NCBI GenBank assembly: GCA_946965045.2
Contig: OX337241.1
Location: 1,736,001-1,800,000, forward strand
DNA length: 64,000 nt
Direction of reading: 5' to 3'
Source: Epithemia pelagica
Taxonomy: Eukaryota > Protista > Bacillariophyta
Under the pieces are notes generated by a model. It worked only from the letters and a program-made list of their open reading frames with translations, was not told the origin of the DNA and did no database searches. Below are positions 14,031 through 25,600 of the stretch, piece after piece (the first letter of the stretch is position 1; each line of letters opens with the position of its first letter). The position numbers and the translations under genes are program-made.

Positions 14031-14119
14031 GAGAGCTCACTCTATAGCGAAAACGAAGTTTGTAAGGAGAAACAAGCGTGCCATTGCATAGGCTGAAGGC
14101 TGAGCAATTGGTTCTAACA
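13729..14119 (+). repeat. 3' LTR of copia element
   Basis: Near-identical direct repeat of 8503-8893, followed by TSD CTCAG. Confidence 0.97.
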
Positions 14120-15397
14120 CTCAGGAGTAACGGATCCATCGTCAGCAATATGTAATGTTGAGGAGGATGCATTGTGCAGTCTTGAAACTCAAACCCTTTC
14201 TCGTATACATTGAACAAGTTGTCTGGAGATAACTCATGGCAATTGCAGAAAACCTGACTGTCCAACTGCACAGGAACCGGGCATGGCAGTAGCTTGAGGG
14301 AATCAGATTCACTGCTTCCTAGTTCCAATATGCTCGACTTGAAATTTTTCTCCGATATAAGAGCCAACGAGTAACGAAATTTGATGATGGCCTCTTCGAA
14401 CTGTCTTTCCGAAAGCAACTTCAAGGCGTCGTTGTTGAGAGTACGCCATAAAAACATGGTGGAAGTTGGACTTTTTGATCGGGCGCATTGAATGAAAGAA
14501 TAGATTGAGACCCATCCGCGGTACGGGCACACACTGTTGAAAGTGGTTGAGACAGTTCCCAATTCTCAAGGATCGTGCTGAGAGAGCGGAGAGCGAGAGG
14601 TGTCATGTGCATTGATCGTCTCTATGGGCGACAACTACAAACTACCTAGAAGTCCTATCTTCAATCGCAATCACACTTCCAAAGCTCTCAACTCTCAAGT
14701 AGAAACTAGCAATAATAATATTCCTTATTCCTGCATCCTGCATGTTCCAAGGAACGAGAAGTATCTGCCCATTGTGGATACTACGAACTACGATAATGAG
14801 AGGGTATACATCTATATGAGCCACATAACATCATGATCACTAGAGACACTAGAAGCTAGAATCTAGAATAGATAGTTAGGTAAGTCAAACGTCAACCGTC
14901 AGGACCCGCGTTGGAGATTGGAGCGTCAGCCAGCGCTTGACAGAGTCAAGCAAACATAATATTACTCCCCTATGTTGTTTGTTGTTGTGCTGGGGAGAAA
15001 CTTTCTTCGCAGATATATTGGTAGTTGGTGGGTAAGGTGTAAGGTATGCTCTACAGACATAGGCAGTAGACAGAGAGGAGTGGGATAAAGATTCCTGCAG
15101 GGCCTCTCCTCTCTCCTCGTGTCTCGTCTTTTCGTGTTCTCTCCTCTCTCCGGCTCCTTCTCAACATCAATAACATCAACACTTAGCAATAGCGTGGGGT
15201 AGGTGGTAGGTGGTAGGTGGTAGAGAAGTACAAATATTTTCATCTTCATCATCCGCTAGCGCACAGATGGTCTCCTTCTCCTTCTTGTAGTTTCTCCAGC
15301 GGATTTGCTCGACTTAGTCAAGCAGGACCCGTCTCCAGCGCTTGAGAGGTGAAGCATAGATGTTGCAATATGCGATTCGAATTTCGCATAGAATAGA

Positions 15398-15622
15398 AGA
15401 TTTGCAAAGACCACTAACACTAGCCACTAAGAGTAACTTAGTCCTTGAGTAGAGATTTGAAATAATAAAGGGAGAAGGGAGAGCATAATAGTACAATATG
15501 GTCTCTCGTTCTACAATAGCTATGAGCTCTGAGTAGATTTGCAAAGACCACTAACACTAGAGCCACTAAGAGTAACTTAGTCCTGGAGTAGAGAGTCGTT
15601 CTAAAATAGCTATGAGCTCTGA
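15398..15622. repeat. Degenerate direct/tandem repeat (about 90-bp unit) in CTAG-rich intergenic DNA
   Basis: AGATTTGCAAAGACCACTAACACTAG..GAGTAACTTAGTCC at about 15398 and about 15535. TTCTA(C/A)AATAGCTATGAGCTCTGA at about 15509 and about 15599. Confidence 0.7.
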
Positions 15623-15907
15623 TCTAGGAGTAGCTAGAAAGAGTGGATAGTGGATACTCCTAGAGTGGATAGCACAGCATATCAAACAAAGACACAGAAA
15701 GAAACTCTCTTAGTAGCTACTCCTAGCTAGAAAAGTTAGAACCGGTCCTGTAGAGAGACTTATGGAGGCTTCTATGTTCTATGAGAGAGCTCTACCTAGT
15801 AGAGCGGGAGATCTGCTTTCTGCGTTATGCTTTTCATATTTCTAGAATATTAGAGCTAGAGACTAGTAGATCTTTAGCATGGGCCTGAGCACTGAGCGCG
15901 GCGGAGG

Positions 15908-18900
15908 TAGGGTCTTCAAACTTAGGTAAATGAAATTTTTGCTTTACTTGCTATGAAATTTAGGCTAAGTTTAGGTTTTGACGTTTAGGTAGTTTAGGTG
16001 GCTATGGAATACGGCTATGGAGTCTCATTTTTCAATACATAGAAATCGAACCAAACAAGTCATCATCACAATGATCCACAACTTGTTCATTCGTTGCTTT
16101 ACGGACAGTGGATCTTACCTTCATTAAATACCGTAAGTTCAGCCCAGCTCGCAGACAGACTTCCGCCTTGTCTTGCCCAAGATTACTGCGCAACTTACTC
16201 CAAACGTTGTTTTTGAGTGGCTTGGCAACTCGCTCGACAGAGATAGAGCCAGTCGAACGAACCGAAAGAAGTGGTTCAATCACAAGATCGTACAACTTAC
16301 TTGGAGGAGCAATGCTAAAAAACTCCAGCCTCCCTTGGTGGCCACCTGTGGTACTCACCCACTGACTCACCATTTGGATCGTGAGTTTGCGCTCTTCCTG
16401 GAATCGATCAGAAGGTGGACGTGGGCTCTCTGTGGGGAAGAGATCAATCCACTTCCCTGTGTGACCAAGATAGGACCTGAACTCCTGATCCACAATCAAC
16501 CTGATGTCCCTTGTGTCCGGAGCTTCGACCCTTCCCCACACAGTGGGACGCATATTGGGTGGCTCGACAGGTCCAGCATTCGGTGGTGGGGGTGGAGGTG
16601 GTTCCTGTGAAGGAATCACAAAGAACTCAATTGCATCCTGCATGCAACAAGCAATTGATGGGTGAATGATAGGTCGCTTGGGGATTCTGGACCTGAAGGG
16701 ATCCACGAGAAAAGCCCAGATTTGGTACTTGTCTAAGAGACCAACTTTCCGTCCAGGTGGTTCCGATCCATCATAGTTGAACCGATTGTCGCAGAACTCA
16801 ACAATGGAGTTCCGTGCCCCACGGAGATTGAAGATTGCATCAATGGATCTGCTGCCACTTGCTGTTCCTGAACCCAATACACCATTCAACTCGTTGCGCA
16901 TGGCAACAATCACGGGGTAGTACGCGGAGATTGGAAAGTCATCGTCCGACACAAGCTTTGTTGCATGTTCAATCACAGCATAAATCTTGGCAACAACTTC
17001 CACCTTAGCCCATAGATCACGTGTAACTAGTCGAAGGGTTGCATCAATCTTTTCCTTACGCCTCTGTGTTCGCGAGTTGTAGTATCGCTCAAACATGGGA
17101 TGGTGCCCGTTGCGCCATTCATAAAAAGGCTTTTGGTTCAGAACCGACTCCAAGGTCATACCAACCTTGTTGAACCTTGTCTCAGAGTAGTTGGAGACAT
17201 TGCCACAGGTTGCTGGTAGATCGCCAGTTTGGACTAGCTCATGTCGAATCCCATCTACATTGTCTGTGGTTGAAAACTCCATCAGCATGGCAATGTCTGA
17301 CAGGAGTGAATCAATACATGGGACCTTGGCCACATCCTTTGCCAACAGGTCAATACAATGAGCACAGTCACGATTGCTCAGTATGTTGGGCTCTTTGGGG
17401 TTGTTGGACTTGTAGATTTCACATGCCTCTTTCACAACTTTCGTGGCAGCGTTGTCTGTTGCAACACAGCACAAGGGAGAATTGTACTCACGTCGCGTCT
17501 TCTCCATGAAATCAACCATGTCTTGCGTCTCAGCCTCTTTTGCATGAGCGAGGTTGCGAAGACGAGAGGCCTTTGCAAATAAACTAACACTACCTTTCGC
17601 AATGGTGTAGAGAATGGTGCTGGTACCGTTGCAGGTGACACCATCAGCTGCAATGGTCATGCCTCCTGGAATCTTTTGCATCATGGTGTTCAGCTCTAGT
17701 TGACACTGTTTGTCAATCACCATGACGTAGCGCTTGTAGATTGTGTCTGGGTGGTGGGGCACAAACTTCATAATACCCTTACCAAACCGTGTGACGAGTT
17801 CGTCTTGGACGAACGGGTCCAACAGACGTTGCATGGGCTCGAAGCGTGCGAGGGTAGTTTCGACAGACTTCATGATGAGACGATTGGCCATCTGTTCTGT
17901 CAGAACAGTACCAAAACTCTGTATGGACGACTGCTGGTGTTTCTTGCGACCTGCTTTGTCTCCTGGTTTGGACCTGGCCTTGTCTCGTAAACTTGTCGAC
18001 AGCGAGGATACAGAACTTGATGCACCTGAAGACTCTGATGCTATCACCCTCTCTTGGCTGAGTGGACCACCAACAATCAAACCCAATTGTTTCTTGGCAC
18101 GCTTACTAGCTTGAGTTTGGCCATCACAGAGTTGGCGAATTGCAGTAGGAGCGTTCTTGCATTTCTGAACGATGTGATCAGATGCAACACTTGCATTGAA
18201 AGTCTTCCAATTTTTGTACATCTTGCAATGGATGCACACAATCTTCAAGTATCCTTCTCGATCCGGGTCAGGGGAAATATCAAACTGCTCTCGGATGTAT
18301 TGGTTGGCTTTCTTTTTGGGTGGCTTTCGCTTTTTTTGCGACAACGTCGTTGAGTCGTTGGTCGTAGTATCGTCTTCATTGTTGGCGTCACTTTGTCCCG
18401 TAGCCACTTCGAATGGTTCATCCTGCTCCTTGTCGCCTTCTGTCGTCGTCGTCGAAACCATGGCCGTCGTCGTGCCTTCTTGTTGTTGCTGTTCCTCGTC
18501 TTGTCCTTGTCGTCGTTGTGTTTCAGCTGTCAACGGTGACAGATCTTGGAACGTCACAACAGTAGTATTCGGCTGCTCGTCAGCAGTACTTTCGTTCTCC
18601 ATTGCAACTTCTGCTACTCCTGTCTCCAACAAATGTGATCGGAGTTTGTTTGATTGCTGAATCGTTTGTTGTTGTTCATCGTTCATGTGTCATCATTGTT
18701 GTTGTTCTTGCAAAGATCCCAAAGATATCAGCCTGTCAAGATCTCATGCCAACTGCCAACATCAACGTTTGGATACCTACGGTACCTATGCCTAGTTAAC
18801 AAAAGGGCCTACCTAAACTTCGGTGGACATGGCGTTGAGTCTTGTAAGTTACAAAAACTTAGGCCCCTAAATTTAGGCGGAGAAACTTTGGCTAAGAAAC

Positions 18901-18912
18901 TTGAAGACCCTA
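15908..18912 (-). mobile_element. hAT DNA transposon, apparently autonomous (3005 bp)
   Basis: 12-bp TIR TAGGGTCTTCAA/TTGAAGACCCTA. Perfect 8-bp TSD GGCGGAGG (15900-15907 and 18913-18920). Subterminal TTAGG/CCTAA motifs. One uninterrupted transposase ORF. Confidence 0.95.
16032..18686 (-). CDS. hAT transposase (BED-like zinc finger, DUF659/RNase-H-like DDE core), 884 aa
   Basis: IVCIHCK..DHIVQKC (BED-like), IAADG (D1), VATDNAA (D2), RDCAHCIDLL (CxxH), SETRF, SISVER (catalytic E). Lies between the TIRs. Confidence 0.9.
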   Translation of the reverse strand: MNDEQQQTIQQSNKLRSHLLETGVAEVAMENESTADEQPNTTVVTFQDLSPLTAETQRRQGQDEEQQQQEGTTTAMVSTTTTEGDKEQDEPFEVATGQSDANNEDDTTTNDSTTLSQKKRKPPKKKANQYIREQFDISPDPDREGYLKIVCIHCKMYKNWKTFNASVASDHIVQKCKNAPTAIRQLCDGQTQASKRAKKQLGLIVGGPLSQERVIASESSGASSSVSSLSTSLRDKARSKPGDKAGRKKHQQSSIQSFGTVLTEQMANRLIMKSVETTLARFEPMQRLLDPFVQDELVTRFGKGIMKFVPHHPDTIYKRYVMVIDKQCQLELNTMMQKIPGGMTIAADGVTCNGTSTILYTIAKGSVSLFAKASRLRNLAHAKEAETQDMVDFMEKTRREYNSPLCCVATDNAATKVVKEACEIYKSNNPKEPNILSNRDCAHCIDLLAKDVAKVPCIDSLLSDIAMLMEFSTTDNVDGIRHELVQTGDLPATCGNVSNYSETRFNKVGMTLESVLNQKPFYEWRNGHHPMFERYYNSRTQRRKEKIDATLRLVTRDLWAKVEVVAKIYAVIEHATKLVSDDDFPISAYYPVIVAMRNELNGVLGSGTASGSRSIDAIFNLRGARNSIVEFCDNRFNYDGSEPPGRKVGLLDKYQIWAFLVDPFRSRIPKRPIIHPSIACCMQDAIEFFVIPSQEPPPPPPPNAGPVEPPNMRPTVWGRVEAPDTRDIRLIVDQEFRSYLGHTGKWIDLFPTESPRPPSDRFQEERKLTIQMVSQWVSTTGGHQGRLEFFSIAPPSKLYDLVIEPLLSVRSTGSISVERVAKPLKNNVWSKLRSNLGQDKAEVCLRAGLNLRYLMKVRSTVRKATNEQVVDHCDDDLFGSISMY

Positions 18913-18968
18913 GGCGGAGGCCAAGAAACGAAATAGGAGTAGATAATAATATCAAAAAATTCTAACAG

Positions 18969-19591
18969 CAACTTCCGGTAATGGACTCAAAACGTACGAA
19001 ATCTTCCTACTTCTCAGAGTATCGTCACGATAAAACAACCGTTTTCATATTGCGTTATCACACACCAATAGCTCTGATATGATCATATTAGATACAGATT
19101 CTTTTGATATGAGGCAAGCATCCCGAGTCACGGATGTCGGGGGACATTGTAGATGTCGTTTGATGTCTTTTGATGTCTTTTAATGTCGTTTGATGTCGTT
19201 TGATGTTTTTATCGCCAAAGAAGCTCTACTCTCCAGCAGTTGGTATTCTTCAACAGAAAACACACGACTTGTTGACGACAGGCCCATCGCTGAATCAACT
19301 GAATGAGCACCCCTGGATTTTGACTCAAACCATGTTTCCGCGCAAGCCCGAAACGACATCAAACGACATCAAACGACATCAAACAACATCAAACGACATC
19401 CCTCACGACATCAAACGACATCCCTCACGACATTCCCGTTTGTTCCATACTAGAGAGATTGGGAAACCATACTCTATGGCTTCATTATACGTATTTTGTA
19501 TTAATATCGATCCTTTGTCGAAGAAGTTCTTGGTCTTGTACTCTGGGTATTGCTAGCAGATATGGGACTCACGTAAAGTTACCGGAAGTTG
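18969..19591. mobile_element. MITE copy 1 (623 bp), probably PIF/Harbinger-derived
   Basis: 13-bp TIR CAACTTCCGGTAA/TTACCGGAAGTTG and 3-bp TSD CAG. Internal inverted arrays of a 10-bp unit (GATGTCGTTT / AAACGACATC). Homologous copy at 57058-57679. Confidence 0.88.
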
Positions 19592-20000
19592 CAGGGATCA
19601 GGGATACTCGAAATAAATACTCCTAACAATAAAAGAAGATCAGAGATCAGAAGCCAAAAGTCAAAAGACGTCGATGGGGAACTTCGACAGCCCAACGTCG
19701 CATCAGAGCAGAAACTCCCTGGCGCTATTACCGTTGATGAGAGGACTGATGAGTCAGATTGTAAGAAAGCGAATAATAAAATTATTGTTATACGTTATAC
19801 CGGATACCGGGAACCGGGACCGGTCTGATTTGTCTACGAGCTACGAGTACTGATTTTTGTTGCTGGAGTACATTGTACAGTACTTTGGTAGTAACTAGGT
19901 AGTAACAGTAACCTGTAGAGTCACATGAAGTAGTATCTACTCCTAGCTATTAGAGCATGTTGTGCGTTGTGCCTCTCTAGCTAGAGGACTCTCCGAGCCG

Positions 20001-21067
20001 CGCCGGTCGATGCGGCCATACTCTCGATTCTAGCGGCCAAATGACCATGATGGACATTTAGCATAACTCACTCAATATAGGACGCACATGCCCCAATATC
20101 GAGTGATGTCTTCTTCAAACAATGATCTCGGCCCCCACGGGTCACTTTTGCTATAGCAGCAATGGTTATCGAGTTCTTACTCACCATTGTAGGGTCATTA
20201 TTTTTTTCGTTCACAAAATGGCCGCTAGATTGCCCTTGAGAATGCGCCATCCATTGATGGAGCCATCTTTCTCGATGTAGCACGTAGTAAACAAGATCGC
20301 AAGCCTCAAATCAATTTTATTGATTGTGGTCTGAAAAATGCCTCCACCAATGGGTGGCAAATTCTGAATGGACATGGCGCCTACGGTCGATCTGATGCTC
20401 CAGATCTTCAAAGTAGTGTAGACACTAAATGATAAGAAAGTATGACATGCAGAGTGGCTGTATTTGGGCTGCCCTATAATGTTGACTGACAATGAGAATC
20501 TCTTGTGGTCCATGCCGCGACAGATGAAAACATCCATCGATGGGATCACATTTTGTTTCATGAATTTAGAGCCTAAAGTAAAACTACTGCAAGAAGGACC
20601 TTTAGATCTACCATATTGGAGCTTGTGGAGTGCGTCAACCTATGGATGAGAATCTCGCTCCAGCAAATACAAGCCTAAGTGAGTGGCGGTTCATTTTCAC
20701 TATCACGCCCACCGATATCCCATATTACGCGAAAGTGCTCTTCCTTACACTACAATAAGTGTGTGGTATGCACCATATGATGGCCGGGCACATAGTGGTA
20801 GACTTATAGTAACATCAAGGTGCCGGCCAAAGGGCACCAATCTAGCAGCCATTTTGTGAACGAAAAATAATGACCCTACAATGGTGAGTTAGAACCTGAT
20901 AACCGTTGCTGCTATAACAAAAGTGGCCCGTGGGGGCCGAGAGCATTGTTTGAAGAAGACATCACTCGATATTGGGGCATGGGTGCCCTATATTGAGTGA
21001 GTTATGCTAAATGTCCATTATGGTCATTTGGCCGCTAGAATCGAGAGTTTGGCCACATCACCTGGCG
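20001..21067. mobile_element. Fold-back / long-TIR non-autonomous element (MULE-like), degenerate
   Basis: Arms of about 237 bp (about 20001-20237 and about 20830-21067) are imperfect reverse complements, e.g. CTCTCGATTCTAGCGGCCAAATGACCA vs TGGTCATTTGGCCGCTAGAATCGAGAG. No TSD found; outer ends approximate. Confidence 0.7.
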
Positions 21068-21339
21068 TAGCACTAGTAGGTAGATTCTGGTAGGTTGAAT
21101 ATCCCAGTCCCGAACTCGCCACTCACCACTCACTACTTGTCCCGACTCTCGACTGGATGAATCGCATCAAAGATCAATGGGTACTCCTAGCCGAGCTGTC
21201 GTCGTCACTTTTGCAAAAATCAAACTTAGTAAATTGTTGGTGGAATCTTTCAAGATCATGGACATGGCCTGCTGGCATCTGTTTGGTAAAGTTCATAGGA
21301 GGGAGAAGTCTTGAGGAAGGTGAGGTAAAACCTTTGACA

Positions 21340-21720
21340 ATGAAGATTGATGCAGTGCATGATGGGCTTGAGTCCACTTCTGTGTAGTGCTACTTTGGTG
21401 GATGGATAAACCCAGGAGGTGAGGTCTTCCAGGTTATCCTCTGTGTACGTTGGGTGAACAGTGAACATCATACAGCTGTGTCAGGTGCCGGGTGCAACTG
21501 ACAAGGAAGGATATCAATAGTTGTGTCATTTGGGGTATGAATGTCCAAGTCTTACTACCATAGAGCAATACTGTGGAAACAATGTCTACTATGTGTAGGG
21601 ACCGTCATGGATGGAGTCGAAAGGACATAGTCACAGCTGAGCGAATCCTCTTGCCCAATCTGACTTGCAACCCTCCAAATCCCTGTCTTGTTTTGTTGAC
21701 GAAATCGTCATCCCACATCT
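21340..21720 (-). mobile_element. Relic of a non-LTR (RTE-like LINE) retrotransposon, C-terminal part of RT ORF
   Basis: Manual minus-strand translation gives IVSTVLLYGSKTW (cf. the VLLYGSETW motif after LINE RT domains) and, in another frame, WVYPSTKVALHRSGLKPI. Contains stops and frameshifts; limits approximate. Confidence 0.55.
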
Positions 21721-22458
21721 TCGAGCCCCAAGGAAGATACCATGGCGCATACTGCAGAGTGCTGCTCATTCCCGGCTGCAGTAATGCCTTGCAACATGTC
21801 CACTATAGTATCGGCCACTTGATTGATCTTGCAAAAAACCAGGCAAGGAAACCTCGACACAGAGACCACCTTCGACCCAGCCAAATAGCACGAAAGATGC
21901 AAGAGATGAATTGATTGGGATCGCAATGTTTTGTTTGCCAAATACACACATTCGTTTTTCAGTCCCGAATCCCGAATCCCGAGCTGTCCTCCGCGGGCTA
22001 CAATACCCCGCGCTTCGACTCGCTACTCTGTACTCTAAAATACTGTGTCGATCAGGGTTGTGAATTACAAATTACCCATTTTAGCACAATTCCAAGAATT
22101 ATAATAAAATTACCCAAACATCACCAATTCATCTTATCTTCCACAATCCCCATCGCATTTGAATAAATTACCTAATTCTCTTTCATATGTTTCCCACCAT
22201 AGAGCAAATTACTATATTCAATTCTAGTCTCCTAGCTCCATGTAATTGAGACCCTTATTCCATTCCCCCCCCTCTCACGATCCATATAATTAGTCCCCAA
22301 TTACACATCATACCCCCCATTGAATTATCAAATCACTCCCTATCCACATGTATTACTGGAATTTGGTCGAATAATAATGAACTTCTATAGAGTTTTCTTT
22401 GCTCATTCGTTACAACAACAGATGAGGAATGGTGAATGAAAGAACACACCATGTACCA

Positions 22459-22542
22459 TGCACCTCCACCACCACCACTCATTTGCGTTTGTGCAGATCT
22501 TGCACCTCCACCACCACCACTCATTTGCGTTTGTGCAGATCT
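22459..22542 (+). repeat. 42-bp perfect tandem duplication in transposase 5' region
   Basis: TGCACCTCCACCACCACCACTCATTTGCGTTTGTGCAGATCT twice (22459-22500, 22501-22542). Confidence 0.9.
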
Positions 22543-22651
22543 GCAGATCCGTTTCTCTCCCTCTCTTCAACAACACTCAGACTCTCTTCCCCCTCCATCG
22601 TCATACTTCTTTCCATTTGTTGCAAGTTATTATTGATACACCTATTGCAAC

Positions 22652-25600
22652 ATGGCTCCCCCTTCATCACCAAAGAAGAAACCCAAACCACCACCGAAGA
22701 AGAAACAGTCCTCCAGCACCAAGAAGAAAAGCGCTCCCAACAAAAAGAAGCCTTCTGCTTTAGAGGCTCAACAAGCTTTGATCGAGAAGGATTTTGGTGA
22801 GGATGTACAGGCAACCAAAGACGTGAACCAAATGGAGAAAGATGTTCTCCCTGTGTACACAAACATTCCTACTCTCTTTTTTGGTACCAAATCCTCTTCA
22901 CAATATTGGGATTGGTCAATTCATATCAACTGGATTGAATTCGAGAAACTCGTCTCAAACAATAGAGAAGAGCTCGAGTCTTCTTTATACCCCGGATACC
23001 ACAAAATAATCAAACTCTTCGATTCCTTAGTTGCCATCGATGAAGAGAAGACCAAGACTTTGTCGCCTCCTGATCTGAGAGACAAGTTTTGGAAAATGTC
23101 CCGACGTGTTCTCATCTGTCCTAGATGTTTCAAGAACAAGTCACAATCACTATCTGATTCGGTTATGGTTTGCTCGCACGACAAGGCCTCTAACATCTAC
23201 CAACACATTAAAGGCCATCACAAAGATCTCTATGACACTATACAGGCTGGCGGAAGTATATTGGGGCCGAATCCGAAACCCCCACCGTCTAACCAAAAGA
23301 AGCTATCAGGATTCAAAGCGCCAGTCCAACCACGCAAACAAGCCACCAAGGAACTCCAACGCCTCATGTATGAGTTCATCAATGACTGTTGTCTTCCAGC
23401 AGTAACAGTCGAGAAGCCCCAGTTCCGTGCTTTGTTGAAATATGCCTTTGACAACGGTTCCCAGTTAAAAGACTCTCGAGCTGAAGCCATGAGCCGACGG
23501 GAAATCACTCAGATACGGGTATCGTCGTACCAGGAGTTCATTGATGTTGTTTCCGATCTTGCACGAAAAGTCCGAGCTGAATACCGTCGCCTTTGTCAAC
23601 ATGAAATCCCATTCGCCACAGTGTGCCACGACATTTGGCAAGCACGGAAACACGACGTGCTGGGAGTAACTATCATGTTATGTGACCCACGCAACTGCGT
23701 CATCTATCGCATACCAATCGGTCTGGCAGAAACACAAGGACATGCTGCTGTTGACGTTGCTGCCCTAACGCATTCTCTTCTTAAAGCCGTGGGATTTCGT
23801 CCATCTGACCTTTGTGCTACAGTGAACGATAATACTTCCGCAGCAGTGCTAGCGGGAAAGTACATTGTTGGAGAGCATGCGAGTAAGGGCAAATGTGATA
23901 TGCACCGTGCAGAATTGGTGCTCAAGCATGCTACTGGTTTGATTCAGCGTTATCAAAACAAGACTTTGATCGATTCCTTTCCAGCATTTGTCGACGCCTG
24001 GCAGGTTGCTAAGGAGTTTGCTTCGTACCTCTGTTCCAGAAAAGCATATCACCGATTCGAAAAATTCAAGTCTGTTGTCTCATCTCTTGGATGGGTTGTT
24101 GTGTCCATCCCACTCCCCAACGATACTCGAGTGGGCGGCTGTGTGTTATCCATGGAGACGCTTCTCCGCATACTGTATCCAATGAAGGAGTATGCCTCTA
24201 AAGCCGTTGAGTCGGATCCTCACTTTATTACCCTCTTCAACAAGATCGACTGGACATTGATCTCGCAGTTTGAAGGAATTCTCCATCCGCTTCGTGGAGT
24301 CTCGCTATCATTGCAAACTGATGACCCAGGTTCTGGATCGGCTTCCCTGTTGGAAATTTATACATGTCGATTCCTTATTAAACACATGCGAACAGGTGTT
24401 GTTGGTTGTCTTCCTACCAATCTAAACTATGGTCAACAGTGGGACGCCAGCATCACCATGAAGGAGCTCGATGAAAAAAAACGCAAAAAGGTCAAGTTTG
24501 AGAAACTTGAGAAAGGACCTCGAGACCTAATCCGTCGCATACTCAAGGAATACGATTCATACTTAACCAACAAGGACGAAGACGGTCTCAAGGCCATGTG
24601 TGCCAACCCCCTACTTGTGAATGTGTATGAAGAACATCTCGTCGAATTAGGAGCCTACAATGAAGATGAAGTAAAAGAAATAAGGCGGCTTTTTGTCGAA
24701 GACATGGTGAAACAATTCACAAACAAGAAAGTCTCACAAATTGGTGCTTTGATTGCCAAACAAGGAAACATGGCAGTGTCGAACAAGAACACCGCTACCG
24801 ATACTACAAGTACGGCTCGTACGGTTCATGCAACTGCTTCCAACGCGACCACGGGCGGGAAAGCCACTGCAAACAACGATTCCGATTCCGATTCTGATAC
24901 CTATGTCCCTCTCAACCCATTTGAGAAAATTCGAAGATCGAGGGAGTTGAAAAAACAGGCACGACTACAATTGAGTGGGACGGCTGTAATGGGCGGTCAA
25001 GAAGCAGAAATCGTTGCGGCATTGCGGAAAGTATGCACAGAAGCATTCGACGAATACCGTTCCATGTGTTCGAAGAAGGTGGAACATCAGTGGGATACTG
25101 TTATACAGAATTATCCCACAAAGCAGTTGGATAAAGATTCAGAGAAGTGGACAGACGATGAGACAAACGAGTTTCTCGAATACTGTTCGGAACACAACTT
25201 CCTGAAGGTTGGCAAATACTTTGACGTGATGAAATGGTGGGATGATAACAAAGGTGATTATCCCTATGTGTTTGTTAGCGCAATCATCTGGCTCACTAAG
25301 CCCGCTACAAACGCCTTCCAGGAACGCATCTTCTCTTTGGGAACGTGGTTTTCACAAAATAAGCTGATGTCTAATCTCTTGAAAAAACATTTCGAAATGA
25401 GGACCATGGACTGCCTAACAAGGGAGCTGAGACGAGAAATCCAGCAACGGGAATCCGAATTGGAAGCTGCAAAGAGGAACAAGACAAAAGGCTCCACTCT
25501 GTCCAAGTATGTTGATAAGCGTCGTCTAGAAAGTGAGAAAGGTGATGGTACTGCTGACAAAGAGATTGAAGTTGTGGAAAAAGCAGATGAGACCTTGAAT

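Larger units (their letters stand above)
8503..14119 (+). mobile_element. Ty1/copia LTR retrotransposon (CoDi-like), full length but with disabled coding region
   Basis: Two 391-bp LTRs with TGT..ACA ends. 5-bp TSD CTCAG at 8498-8502 and 14120-14124. Domain order gag-PR-IN-RT-RH. Confidence 0.97.
8107..14457 (-). pseudogene. Host gene (about 245 aa, helical/TPR-like family) split by the copia insertion
   Basis: The 5' half (ATG 14457: MFLWRTLNNDALKLL..EAI..SPDNLFNVY..PLLL) and the 3' half (STIARSIVMYNLALAFH..LHLYQ..LALLSNMGH..PAA*) rejoin in frame when the element and one CTCAG copy are removed. Confidence 0.85.

Noticed and set aside
15921-16000. TTTAGG motifs as interstitial telomere repeats
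   Set aside because: Dispersed rather than tandem, and mirrored as CCTAAA at the other end of the hAT; they are subterminal motifs.
19152-19433. Decamer arrays as CRISPR or microsatellite
   Set aside because: No spacers; they lie inside a TIR/TSD-bounded MITE that has a second copy.
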